DNA from: Oscillospiraceae bacterium
Lineage (GTDB): Bacteria; Bacillota; Clostridia; Oscillospirales; Oscillospiraceae
Length of the DNA stretch: 64,000 nucleotides
Assembly (NCBI GenBank): GCA_015067545.1
Contig: SVMG01000008.1
Location: 8,390-72,389 of the forward strand
Direction: 5' to 3'
Positions 9,130 through 18,606 of the stretch are shown piece after piece. The translations under genes were made by a program, and so were the position numbers. The notes under the pieces are model-generated. The model saw nothing but the letters and a program-made list of their open reading frames with translations. It ran no database searches and was not told the DNA's origin. How positions within the stretch are numbered: the stretch's first letter is position 1; the number at the start of each line of letters is the position of its first letter.

Positions 9130-9663
9130 TCATGCCCACAGCACGCAGTCCACGGGAATGTCAAACTCCTCTGTAGGCAAATTTTCAACCATTTGAAAAT
9201 CATAGCACAGAGCAATGGTAGGATGATTGGGCTCTTGTGCCAAAAATTTGTCATAGAATCCGCCGCCATAGCCAATGCGATGTCCTTCCCTGTCGAAGGC
9301 CAGTCCGGGCATCAGCACCAAGGCAGTGGGGTCATCTGCCACGGGGCCATCCGCCACAGGCTCGGGAATTCCGAACGCACTTTTTGCCACCTTCGTCAGG
9401 TCGGTCATGTAAATGAACCTCATTTCATCGCCATAGACCTTGGGCACAGCCACGCGCTTGCCATCAGCCAGCGCCTGCTCCAGTATGGGAACTGTGCGCA
9501 CCTCCTGGTTATAGGGCAAATAGCCATATACGGTTTCGGCATTGCGGTACAGCTCTGTTTCCAGGAACAATTGCGCCAGCTTACCGCCGGCAATTTCAAT
9601 TTCCTCGGGCGTCATTGCCCGTTTCCGTTCACGGATTTTCTGTCTCAGTTCTCTCTTGTCCAT
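9130..9663 (-). CDS. 5-formyltetrahydrofolate cyclo-ligase
   Basis: MDKRELRQ, FGIPEP, MPGLAFDREGHRIGYGGGFYDKFL. Confidence 0.95.
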   Translation of the reverse strand: MDKRELRQKIRERKRAMTPEEIEIAGGKLAQLFLETELYRNAETVYGYLPYNQEVRTVPILEQALADGKRVAVPKVYGDEMRFIYMTDLTKVAKSAFGIPEPVADGPVADDPTALVLMPGLAFDREGHRIGYGGGFYDKFLAQEPNHPTIALCYDFQMVENLPTEEFDIPVDCVLWA

Positions 9664-10309
9664 CTTTTACCTCAACTGTACGCACGGGCCGGAACATCCG
9701 GAACCACAGCCAAATGGCCAGCTGACCGGGAATGCCCAGCAGGAAGATCCGCCACACATTCACATGCAGCAGCACCAGCAGCATCATGTAGATGCTCAAA
9801 AGGCAGCCCCACACCAGTATGGAGATCAGTACCCGGTTGCTGCGGAAATCACGCCAGGCCGAGCGCAGGCACAACACAACGATGGCATCCGCAGGGATGG
9901 CCCAGAAAAATGCCAGCCAGCTGTTATCTACACCGATAGAAGCAAGCAGTACATATGCAAACAGTGCCACAAACCACACAAGCAGCGACGACAGTTGTAC
10001 TATGATCCGCTTGTCCGCCTTGCGCTTAAGGGTCTTTTGCACCACCTGATCCATGGCTTGCTGTACTGCACCGGTCTTATCCGGCAGGGCATCCGGATCC
10101 TTCAGCAGATCATCCACAGTCACGCCCAGCACTTCCGCAATGGAAACCAGGGTCAAAATATCCGGCGCGGACTCTCCCCGCTCCCACTTGGAAACGGCCT
10201 TGTCCGAGTAATTCACTTTTTCTGCCAAACCCACCTGAGTCAACCCCTGACTTTTGCGCAGGTTGGAGATATTTGTGCCGATTTGGGTTTTTAGTCTTTC
10301 ATCCGTCAT
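9629..10309 (-). CDS. XRE-family HTH regulator fused to four TM helices
   Basis: LRKSQGLTQVGLAEKVNYSDKAVSKWERGES; GGAGG before ATG 10309; hydrophobic C-terminal half. Confidence 0.85.
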   Translation of the reverse strand: MTDERLKTQIGTNISNLRKSQGLTQVGLAEKVNYSDKAVSKWERGESAPDILTLVSIAEVLGVTVDDLLKDPDALPDKTGAVQQAMDQVVQKTLKRKADKRIIVQLSSLLVWFVALFAYVLLASIGVDNSWLAFFWAIPADAIVVLCLRSAWRDFRSNRVLISILVWGCLLSIYMMLLVLLHVNVWRIFLLGIPGQLAIWLWFRMFRPVRTVEVKDGQERTETENP

Positions 10310-10421
10310 GGGCTTCCTCCAATCAATACTTGGTAACAGTATAACAAATTTTCGCAGCATTTGCAACCTTTTCAGCAAAGCAAAGGAGTCTGCAGCATTT
10401 CTTGCCGCAGACTCCTTTATA

Positions 10422-10838
10422 TCACTCTTCTTCAAATAAGCGCTGTGAACAATATTGAATGATGGCCCGGCGGGTAATAATTCCGATGAAGGCATCCTTA
10501 TCATCCACCACCGGCACAAAGTTCTGAGAGCTGGCCCGCTCCACAAGCTCGTGCATGGAGGTAGTGACCCGAACAGGCACATTGTCCTTTCTTCGGGATA
10601 TCTCCATGATCCTATGTGCTTCTGCCTGGCGCATATCCATGTAACACATATTCTTGATCGCCCAAAGCAGATCGCCTTCTGTCAGTGTTCCCCGATATTC
10701 TCCCCGTTTATTGAGGATCGGCAGTGCCGCAAAGCCAGCCGATTCCATTCTCTCCAGCGCCTGGCGCATGGTGTAATCATCATACAAATAGGAACACATT
10801 GCTTTCGGTGTCAGGAAAAACAAGATGTTGTTATTCAT
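10422..10838 (-). CDS. Tandem CBS domain protein
   Basis: NILFFLTPK, LPILNKRGEYRGTLTEGDLL, FVPVVDDKDAFIGIITRR; AAGGAG before ATG 10838. Confidence 0.9.
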   Translation of the reverse strand: MNNNILFFLTPKAMCSYLYDDYTMRQALERMESAGFAALPILNKRGEYRGTLTEGDLLWAIKNMCYMDMRQAEAHRIMEISRRKDNVPVRVTTSMHELVERASSQNFVPVVDDKDAFIGIITRRAIIQYCSQRLFEEE

Positions 10839-11172
10839 AATTGCTCCTTTATCCTCATTGCATTGTAGGGTGCTCTCACCACTATTAACATTATAGCATA
10901 GATTTCTCAAAGGAGTATGAAAAATCATTGAATAGCTGCCTGTTTGCGTGCCGAAAAAAGCTTATATATTTTGGTTGTTTTGCACAAATATTCCTTTCCA
11001 AGGCTTCGCTCTGTCATCCAAAGTGGCAACTACCTTGGATTCTCCCGGCAGTAGAATGCGCTTTCTACACCCGGAATAAGAAGTCTATTGATCCATAGAC
11101 CGAATTTCGCAGCCGTAGAGTGCATTTTCCTGCTGATCCGCTATAATAAACACAGCAAAGGAGGCTTATATT

Positions 11173-11844
11173 ATGAAACGGACCCGTCTTTCTGACCGAA
11201 TGCTGCCGCTCTATACCTGGGGAGAAGAAACCATGAATATGGTGACCCACATCGTCGGCGGCAGTATTGGTATTTTCGCCTTGATCGGCTGCCTTGCAAA
11301 AGCCATTTTACAGGGCAGTGCTGTCAGCATAGTGGCCGCTGTGGTCTATAGCGTCAGCATGATTCTGCTTTATACAACATCCAGTGTTTATCACGGTCTG
11401 AAGCCCTGCACCGGCAAAAAGGTGCTGCAAATTTTGGATCACTGCGCCATCTACCTGCTGATTGCCGGTACGTATACGCCCATATCCCTGGTTGCCATTG
11501 CACCGGTTTATCCCGCCCTTGGATGGGGCCTTACCGCATTTCAATGGACCGTGGCGGCGCTGGCTGTCACACTCACTGCCATCGATTTGAAGAAGTATAA
11601 CGCCTTTTCCATGATCTGCTACATCTGCACCGGCTGGGCGGTACTGCCCTTTATGGAGCAAGCCCGGCAGGTTTTGACCCAGCCCGGCTTTTTGTTCCTG
11701 CTATGGGGTGGCATCGCCTACACCGTGGGCGCAATTTTATACGGCATCGGCTCCCGGCGCAAGTGGTTTCACAGTGTCTTCCACATTTTCGTTGTACTGG
11801 GAAGTCTCTTGCAGCTTATCTGCATTTATTTGTATGTTTTCTGA
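11173..11844 (+). CDS. Hemolysin III / PAQR family membrane protein
   Basis: EETMNMVTH, SSVYH, LDHCAIYLLIAGTYTP, HSVFHIFV. Confidence 0.92.
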   Translation: MKRTRLSDRMLPLYTWGEETMNMVTHIVGGSIGIFALIGCLAKAILQGSAVSIVAAVVYSVSMILLYTTSSVYHGLKPCTGKKVLQILDHCAIYLLIAGTYTPISLVAIAPVYPALGWGLTAFQWTVAALAVTLTAIDLKKYNAFSMICYICTGWAVLPFMEQARQVLTQPGFLFLLWGGIAYTVGAILYGIGSRRKWFHSVFHIFVVLGSLLQLICIYLYVF

Positions 11845-11851
11845 TGCACGC

Positions 11852-11883
11852 AAAAAGTGGTCTGCCACCGCAGACCACTTTTA
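11852..11883. terminator. Bidirectional terminator
   Basis: AAAAAGTGGTCTGC-CACC-GCAGACCACTTTTT between convergent genes. Confidence 0.85.
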
Positions 11884-12849
11884 CTATATTTTCGCATCCG
11901 GGAAATATTCCTTTACAAAATCCACCTCTTGCACCTGGAAGGATCGGCCGTTCAAATGGGCCAGCGCACCGGCTTCCGTAGAAAAGGTAAAGGTCAGCTT
12001 GTAAGAGTAAAGCGCCTGATAATTCCTGTCAAAGCGTTTGTCCAGCTTGCCGTATTTGCCATCCCCCAGCAGCGGATGCCCGGCATGGGCAAATTGGGCG
12101 CGGATCTGGTGGGTACGGCCGGTGATCAGCTCACACTCCACAAGAGACAGGCCATTTTGCGAGGCCAGCACCCGGTAATTGGTTTGGCAGGTCTTTGCGC
12201 CGGGTTGCGGTTTGTCACTGACAAACACCCGGTTTTGCTTGGCATCCTTGAAAAGATAGCCCTTCAGGCTTCCCTTCTGGGGTTTGGGTGTCCCCTCCAC
12301 AATGGCCAAATACCGCTTGTCCAGCTCCCGATCCTTGATCTTCTGATTCATGATCCGCAGAGCTTCTGCAGTTTTGGCGGCGATGACGATGCCGCCGGTG
12401 TTTCTGTCTATACGGTTGCACAGCGCCGGCGTAAAGGAATTTTCTTCCCGTGGCCGCCATTCCCGCTTTTGATAGAGATAGGACTGGATATGGTCGATGA
12501 GCGTTCTTCCGTACTCCGCGCCGTCATGCGGATGCACAGCCAGACCGGGACGCTTGTCCACCAGCAGGATCTGATCATCTTCGTAGACGATATTCAGCTT
12601 GGGTGCAGCCACCGTCAAATAGGCATTGTCCTCCCGGGGCTTGTCGAAAAATTCATCGTTGATATATAGCTGCAGCACATCTCCGGTTTGCAAACGGGTA
12701 TCCCGCTGGACTCTTGCGCCGTTGCACTTGATCCGCTTCAAGCGGATATATTTCTGCGCCAGAGAAGCCGGCAACAGCGGCACCGCCTTGGCCAGGAAAC
12801 GATCCAGTCGCTGGCCGCTGTCGTTGGCGCCGATGGTAAGTTCCTTCAT
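11884..12849 (-). CDS. RluA/RluC-family pseudouridine synthase with S4 domain
   Basis: GQRLDRFL, NRIDRNTGG catalytic motif, LITGRTHQIRAQ, HPLLGDGKYG. Confidence 0.95.
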   Translation of the reverse strand: MKELTIGANDSGQRLDRFLAKAVPLLPASLAQKYIRLKRIKCNGARVQRDTRLQTGDVLQLYINDEFFDKPREDNAYLTVAAPKLNIVYEDDQILLVDKRPGLAVHPHDGAEYGRTLIDHIQSYLYQKREWRPREENSFTPALCNRIDRNTGGIVIAAKTAEALRIMNQKIKDRELDKRYLAIVEGTPKPQKGSLKGYLFKDAKQNRVFVSDKPQPGAKTCQTNYRVLASQNGLSLVECELITGRTHQIRAQFAHAGHPLLGDGKYGKLDKRFDRNYQALYSYKLTFTFSTEAGALAHLNGRSFQVQEVDFVKEYFPDAKI

Positions 12850-13793
12850 GCATTACTCCCTGTCTGTGATGCAAAATGGTCATTCATCTGCTCGGTAAAC
12901 TCCAGCGCAGCATTGTAGCCCATCTTCCGCTGACGGTTATTCATAGCCGCAACTTCCAAAATCAACGCCAAATTTCGACCCGGTGTAATGGGAATGGTAT
13001 TCATGGGGATCTTCACGTCCATGATCTCCATGTGCTGTTCCTCCAGGCCCAGACGGTCGTAAACCTCCTGGGTCTTCCAGGGCACAATATTTACCACCAG
13101 ATTGATCTCATTTTCCGCCTTAACAGCGCCCATACCAAAGAGCTTTGCCACATTGATAATGCCAATGCCACGCAGCTCCACATAATTCCGGATCAGAGCC
13201 GGCGCCGCGCCCACAAGGGAGTTTTCGCCGATTTTCCGGATCTCCACTGCATCGTCCGCGATCAGCCGGTGGCCGCGCTTGAGCAGCTCTATCGCCGCCT
13301 CGCTCTTGCCGATGCCGCTGTCACCGATAAGGAGCAAGCCCTCGCCGTAGACCTCTACCAGCACGCCATGGCGGGTGATCTTAGGCGCAAGGGCCGTGCG
13401 CAGGAAGTGGATAATACCGGAAACAACATTGCTGGTGGCCTGTCTGGAGCACAGGACCGTTATATTGTGTTTTTTCGCCATTTCCAGGCAAATGGGTGCC
13501 GGCTCAAAGCCCCGGGCCAAAAGCAGTGCCGGGATTTTATAGGAAAACAGCCGATCAAATATGGATGCCTGTTCAGCCGGGGTCATTTTGTCCATGTAGC
13601 TCATTTCCACATTACCCAGAACCTGCAGGCGCATGGGTTCAAAATGGTCAAAATAGCCTGCTAGCTGTAATCCCGGACGGGACACATCCTCAACAGTCAG
13701 CTGAACAGATTCATAATCCGTGGACTGAAACGCCACATTCAGATGGAATTCCTCCACCAGCCGGGTCAAAGGTACGCAGTGTTTTTCGTTCAT
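12846..13793 (-). CDS. hprK: HPr kinase/phosphorylase
   Basis: VSRPGLQLAGYF, HGVLVEVYGEGLLLIGDSGIGKSE, GHRLIADD, PGRNLA. Confidence 0.97.
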   Translation of the reverse strand: MNEKHCVPLTRLVEEFHLNVAFQSTDYESVQLTVEDVSRPGLQLAGYFDHFEPMRLQVLGNVEMSYMDKMTPAEQASIFDRLFSYKIPALLLARGFEPAPICLEMAKKHNITVLCSRQATSNVVSGIIHFLRTALAPKITRHGVLVEVYGEGLLLIGDSGIGKSEAAIELLKRGHRLIADDAVEIRKIGENSLVGAAPALIRNYVELRGIGIINVAKLFGMGAVKAENEINLVVNIVPWKTQEVYDRLGLEEQHMEIMDVKIPMNTIPITPGRNLALILEVAAMNNRQRKMGYNAALEFTEQMNDHFASQTGSNA

Positions 13794-13865
13794 CGGCACA
13801 TTCTCCTTTCTCTCACTTGTGACCATTATACCTGTAAAAATCAAGAATAGCAACTAAATTTTGAA

Positions 13866-13891
13866 ATGCCTCCCACCGAAGTGGGAGGCAT
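13866..13891 (-). terminator. Stem-loop terminator downstream of fba
   Basis: ATGCCTCCCAC-CGAA-GTGGGAGGCAT, then TTT on the minus strand. Confidence 0.7.
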
Positions 13892-13909
13892 AGGTAATGA
13901 AATATCCGA

Positions 13910-14878
13910 TTAGGCCTTGCCGGCGCAGCCCAGAACGTTGACCAGCTTGTGGCGAACGATCTCCTTGATGTTGGCGCGGGCGGGCTTCAGGTACTGACGG
14001 GGGTCGAAGTGATCGGGATGCTCGTTGAAGTACTGACGGATAGTGCCGGTCATTGCAAGACGCAGGTCGGAGTCGATGTTGATCTTGCAGACGGACAGGC
14101 CGGCAGCCTTACGCAGCTGCTCCTCGGGCACGCCGATGGCATTGGGCATCTTGCCACCGTTGGCATTGACCATTGCCACGTACTCCTGGGGAACGGAGGA
14201 AGAACCGTGCAGAACGATGGGGAAACCGGGCAGACGCTTGGTGACCTCTTCCAGCACGTCGAAACGCAGTGCGGGAGGAACCAGGATGCCCTGCTCGTTA
14301 CGGGTGCACTGCTCGGGAGTGAACTTGTAAGCGCCGTGGGAAGTGCCGATGGCGATAGCCAGGGAGTCACAACCGGTACGGGTCACGAACTCTTCCACTT
14401 CCTCGGGACGGGTGTAGGAAGCAGCCTCAGCAGAAACATTCACTTCGTCCTCGATGCCGGCCAGGGAGCCCAGCTCAGCCTCGACCACAACACCGCGGTC
14501 GTGAGCATACTCAACCACCTTGCGGGTGATCTCGATGTTCTCCTCGAAGGACTTGGAGGAAGCGTCGATCATAACGGAGGTAAAGCCGCCGTCGATGCAG
14601 GACTTGCAGGTCTCGAAGCTGTCACCGTGGTCCAGGTGCAGTGCGATGGGGATTTCGGGGCACTCGATCACAGCAGCCTCAACCAGCTTTACCAGATAGG
14701 TATGGTTGGCGTAAGCACGTGCGCCCTTGGAAACCTGCAGGATAACAGGAGCATTCTCCTCCTTGCAGGCCTCGGTAATCGCCTGAACGATCTCCATGTT
14801 GTTGACGTTGAAAGCACCGACAGCATAGCCACCGTCATAGGCCTTCTTAAACATCTCAGTTGTTGTTACAAGAGCCAT
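13910..14878 (-). CDS. fba: Class II fructose-1,6-bisphosphate aldolase
   Basis: GAFNVNNME, LHLDHG, VEAELG, AIGTSHG, VLHGSS, KINIDSD. Confidence 0.97.
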   Translation of the reverse strand: MALVTTTEMFKKAYDGGYAVGAFNVNNMEIVQAITEACKEENAPVILQVSKGARAYANHTYLVKLVEAAVIECPEIPIALHLDHGDSFETCKSCIDGGFTSVMIDASSKSFEENIEITRKVVEYAHDRGVVVEAELGSLAGIEDEVNVSAEAASYTRPEEVEEFVTRTGCDSLAIAIGTSHGAYKFTPEQCTRNEQGILVPPALRFDVLEEVTKRLPGFPIVLHGSSSVPQEYVAMVNANGGKMPNAIGVPEEQLRKAAGLSVCKINIDSDLRLAMTGTIRQYFNEHPDHFDPRQYLKPARANIKEIVRHKLVNVLGCAGKA

Positions 14879-15049
14879 TGGAATCAATCCTTTCAATCAT
14901 ACAGGAAAACCCTGTGTTTTTTGCGTCTACCATTATATCACAAAATTTTACTTTTTCAATAAAAATATTAAAAAATGGATTTGCCTATTTACCTTTTCCG
15001 AAAAATGGAGTATAATGCCGATGGAATTAACAATAAGGAGTGTTTTTAC

Positions 15050-16708
15050 ATGAAACTTTCTTCTCTTCAGCTGGCCAGATACCAGTATCAGCCCAAGCTG
15101 CCCGGTATGCTCAGAAACGGTATTTCTGAGATCTGTGTCAAGGACGGCGCTCCCACCGAAAGCGTGGCAGATCAGGAAAAGATCAAGGCTCTGTTCCCCA
15201 ACACCTACGGCAAGAATGAGATCACCTTCCAGAAGGGTGCCAACACCTCTCCTGCCAAGAAGCAGGTCGTGGGTGTCATCCTTTCCGGCGGACAGGCCCC
15301 CGGCGGTCATAATGTTATCTGCGGTCTGTATGACGCACTGAAGGCCACCAATAAGGATAATGTTCTGTATGGCTTCAAGGGCGGTCCCAGCGGTCTGCTG
15401 GAAGACAGCTACGTGATCTTCGACGACGAATATATCGATCAGTACCGCAATACCGGTGGCTTCGATATCATCGGCTCCGGCCGCACCAAGCTGGAGACTG
15501 AGGAGCAGTTTGCTGTGGTGGCCGAGGTTTGTAAGAAGCACGGCATTACCGCTATCGTCATCATTGGCGGTGACGACTCCAACACCAATGCAGCAGTCCT
15601 GGCTGAATACTTTGCCGCCCACAATACCGGCGTGCAGGTCATCGGCTGCCCCAAGACCATCGACGGCGACCTGAAGAACGAGGACATCGAGTGCTCCTTT
15701 GGCTTCGACACCGCCACCAAGACCTATAGCGAGATCATCGGCAACATCCAGCGCGATGCCAACTCCGCTAAAAAATACTGGCACTTCGTCAAGGTCATGG
15801 GCCGCAGCGCTTCCCATGTGGCTCTGGAGGCCGCATTGCAGACCCAGCCCAATATCTGCCTGATCGGCGAGGAGGTCGCTGCCAAGAAGATGTCTCTGGC
15901 TCAGATCGCTGACTACATTGCCGATTCTGTGGCTGCGCGCGCTGCCAAGGGTTGGAATTTCGGCGTTGCCATCATTCCCGAAGGTATCGTGGAGTTCGTT
16001 CCCGAGTTCTCCGTGCTGATCGCTGAGATCAACGAGCTGCTGGCAGGCAGCAAGGCGGATGCATTCAACGTGCTGCCCTCCTGGGAGGCTAAGTACGCCT
16101 TCATCGAAGCAGGTCTGACCAAGGAATCCATGGCCGTATTCGCCATTCTGCCCCAGTCCATCCAGCAGCAGCTGTTCCTGGAGCGCGACCCCCACGGCAA
16201 CGTGCAGGTGTCTCTGATCGAGTCTGAAAAGCTGTTCTCTGCCATGGTCAAGGAAAACCTGGCGGCACGGAAGGCTGCCGGTACTTATAACGGCAAGTTC
16301 TCTGCCCTGCATCACTTCCTGGGCTACGAAGGCCGCTGCGCTTTCCCCTCCAACTTTGACGCTGACTACTGCTACAGCCTGGGCTACAACGCATTCATGC
16401 TGATCCAGTACGGCTTCAACGGCTACCTCTCCAAGGTCTCCAACCTGAGCAAGAGCGCCGAAGAGTGGGTCGCCGGCGGTATGCCCATCACCAAGATGAT
16501 GAACATTGAGCGCCGCCATGGCCACGACAAGCCCGTTATCCGCAAGGCTTTGGTAGAACTGGACGGTGCGCCCTTCAAGTTCTTCGAAGCGAACCGCGAG
16601 CAGTGGGCCGTTGAGACCTGCTATGTCTACCCCGGTGCGATCCAGTACTTTGGACCCAGCGAGGTATGCGACCAGCCCACACGCACCCTGGCTCTGGAAA
16701 AGGCTTAA
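15050..16708 (+). CDS. pfp: Pyrophosphate-dependent phosphofructokinase (long, ~60 kDa type)
   Basis: [19 protein letters not shown] (Asp indicates PPi use), [20 protein letters not shown]. Confidence 0.95.
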   Translation: MKLSSLQLARYQYQPKLPGMLRNGISEICVKDGAPTESVADQEKIKALFPNTYGKNEITFQKGANTSPAKKQVVGVILSGGQAPGGHNVICGLYDALKATNKDNVLYGFKGGPSGLLEDSYVIFDDEYIDQYRNTGGFDIIGSGRTKLETEEQFAVVAEVCKKHGITAIVIIGGDDSNTNAAVLAEYFAAHNTGVQVIGCPKTIDGDLKNEDIECSFGFDTATKTYSEIIGNIQRDANSAKKYWHFVKVMGRSASHVALEAALQTQPNICLIGEEVAAKKMSLAQIADYIADSVAARAAKGWNFGVAIIPEGIVEFVPEFSVLIAEINELLAGSKADAFNVLPSWEAKYAFIEAGLTKESMAVFAILPQSIQQQLFLERDPHGNVQVSLIESEKLFSAMVKENLAARKAAGTYNGKFSALHHFLGYEGRCAFPSNFDADYCYSLGYNAFMLIQYGFNGYLSKVSNLSKSAEEWVAGGMPITKMMNIERRHGHDKPVIRKALVELDGAPFKFFEANREQWAVETCYVYPGAIQYFGPSEVCDQPTRTLALEKA

Positions 16709-16717
16709 AAAACAGTC

Positions 16718-16755
16718 AAAACCTCCGTATGCGCATTGCATACGGAGGTTTTTTT
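16718..16755. terminator. Bidirectional terminator
   Basis: AAAACCTCCGTATGC-GCATT-GCATACGGAGGTTTTTTT. Confidence 0.85.
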
Positions 16756-16757
16756 AT

Positions 16758-17279
16758 TCATCTGCGTCCTCTATATTCTTGCTTCAGCACCTCTGCCATT
16801 TCCTCCGGGGATTCCTTACAGCCACCTGATAGCCACAGTTTGATGATCGCATTCAAGCCGTTTCTGAAAAACTCAATGTGATATTTCAAATTCTCCGCAA
16901 CACGCTCCTGCTCCGCTCTCCTCGGGTCGCAAACAGAAATAAGATGTTTTTCGTCATAACACAATTTGAAGTAGGTCTTGTAGAAGATTTGGTTTTCTTT
17001 TATATGGGTAAACATCTTTAATGCGCCGCTGTGCTCATTAAAATAATCATAATCCGCAAACAGATTGCTAAAATCATTTTCAAGCCTTTCCCGTGTCTTG
17101 TCAGCAAGGTCAAATATATCCAAATAATTCGCATAGAACGTACTTCGGTTCAAGCCCGTCATTTTGATCAGATCCGCAACGGTGATTTCCTTGATTTCCC
17201 GACTTTGCAGAAGTTCCACAAAGGCTTTTTCTATTTTTTCCTGAGATTCCTTGCGGCGCTTGTTGTTTTTTGTATTCAT
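16758..17279 (-). CDS. TetR/AcrR family regulator
   Basis: KIEKAFVELL...ITVADLIKMTGLNRSTFYANY HTH. Confidence 0.92.
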   Translation of the reverse strand: MNTKNNKRRKESQEKIEKAFVELLQSREIKEITVADLIKMTGLNRSTFYANYLDIFDLADKTRERLENDFSNLFADYDYFNEHSGALKMFTHIKENQIFYKTYFKLCYDEKHLISVCDPRRAEQERVAENLKYHIEFFRNGLNAIIKLWLSGGCKESPEEMAEVLKQEYRGRR

Positions 17280-17398
17280 AACGATCCCCATTATTCCAAC
17301 AGTTGTTGATGATTTGATGATTGTTTTGTGTTCCCATGGGTATTATACTATGCTTGCAATAAAAACACAAGTGTTGGTTTAATGAAAGGAGCTTAACT

Positions 17399-17767
17399 AT
17401 GAAAAAAAGCAGTTTTGTTGCATTGATTTTGGGCACCATCGGTGGTGTATTGTTTGCTCTTGGCATGTGTATGGCCCTTCTGCCTGAGTGGAACGCATTT
17501 ACTGAAGGTGTGATCTTCGGCGGTGTGGGAATTGTCATCGGGATCGTCACATTTTTGGTGTGGTGCAAAATGGAAAAGAAGCAGCTTCCCAAGATGAGCG
17601 GCAAAAATGTTCTGCGTACCATTTACATTATCCTTGCCGTTCTGGTACTGGGTGTAGGCATGTGCATGTGCCTTGTCTGGCAGCAGATCGTTTGGGGTAC
17701 GTTGGTTGGTCTGCTTGGCATTGTGATGCTGATCGCCCTGATCCCTATGATTAAAGGCATCAAATGA
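17399..17767 (+). CDS. Small four-TM membrane protein
   Basis: AAGGAG RBS; four hydrophobic segments. Confidence 0.8.
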   Translation: MKKSSFVALILGTIGGVLFALGMCMALLPEWNAFTEGVIFGGVGIVIGIVTFLVWCKMEKKQLPKMSGKNVLRTIYIILAVLVLGVGMCMCLVWQQIVWGTLVGLLGIVMLIALIPMIKGIK

Positions 17768-18567
17768 GCATTTTACGGATCGCAAGAAATCCATACACCA
17801 GCCTGCTTATAAACTTCTTATATGCTGCAGGCAATTGTATCATCGGATTTCTGACCCATTCCTGGTGGTTTGTTACGGTAGGGGCTTACTATGCCATACT
17901 GGCCATCACGCGCTTTGCGGTGCTGCAGATCCAGCGCAACGACGATGCAGAAGTCTTTGTAAAAAGGGTCACCGGCATTTTGCTGGTAGTACTTTCATTC
18001 TGCGTTATTGGGGTGAATGTTCTATCAATCGTTGAATCCCGTGGCACAGAATTTCACAAAATCATCATGATTGCCATTGCCACATATACCTTTACAAAAA
18101 TTACTCTGGCAATCATCGGCATGGTAAAAGCAAAGCATACTGTGTCCCCTGCCGCAAAAACCCTGCGTAATATATCTCTGGCGGATGCATGTGTATCTGT
18201 TTATACCCTGCAAAGGTCGATGCTTGTAACATTCCCAGGTATGGCGCAGAGTGAAATTGAATTATTCAATATCTTAACCGGCACTGCGGTATATATCATC
18301 GTGTTGCTGCTGGGCATGAATCTCATAGGAGGGAAACGAATCGACATGGCAAAATCCAAAATTATGGAAGCAAATGAAAAAATCGCCGATGCAGTCACCG
18401 GCGGTTATAAAAAGATTGAGCAAGGCGTTGTGGGCGGTTACAAGAAGATCGAGCACGGTGTCGTAAAGGGTTACACAAAAATCGAAGACAAATTTGTGGA
18501 AGCCTACCTTGCCAAGGATGGCGAAACCGTCGAAGAAGCCAAGGAACGTTTGAAAAGGGAAAAATAA
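17764..18567 (+). CDS. Membrane protein fused in frame to a soluble 11-aa-repeat domain
   Basis: ATGA overlap with upstream gene; ~5 TM helices; C-terminal GGYKKIE repeats; internal GGAGG before ATG 18346. Confidence 0.75.
   Translation: MSILRIARNPYTSLLINFLYAAGNCIIGFLTHSWWFVTVGAYYAILAITRFAVLQIQRNDDAEVFVKRVTGILLVVLSFCVIGVNVLSIVESRGTEFHKIIMIAIATYTFTKITLAIIGMVKAKHTVSPAAKTLRNISLADACVSVYTLQRSMLVTFPGMAQSEIELFNILTGTAVYIIVLLLGMNLIGGKRIDMAKSKIMEANEKIADAVTGGYKKIEQGVVGGYKKIEHGVVKGYTKIEDKFVEAYLAKDGETVEEAKERLKREK
18391..18489 (+). repeat. Three 33-nt (11-aa) coding repeats
   Basis: AVTGGYKKIEQ / GVVGGYKKIEH / GVVKGYTKIED. Confidence 0.85.
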
Positions 18568-18572
18568 ACGCA

Positions 18573-18602
18573 AAAACCGCCTCTCGGCTGAGAGGCGGTT
18601 TT
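18573..18602. terminator. Bidirectional terminator
   Basis: AAAACCGCCTCTC-GGCT-GAGAGGCGGTTTT. Confidence 0.85.
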
Positions 18603-18606
18603 CTTG

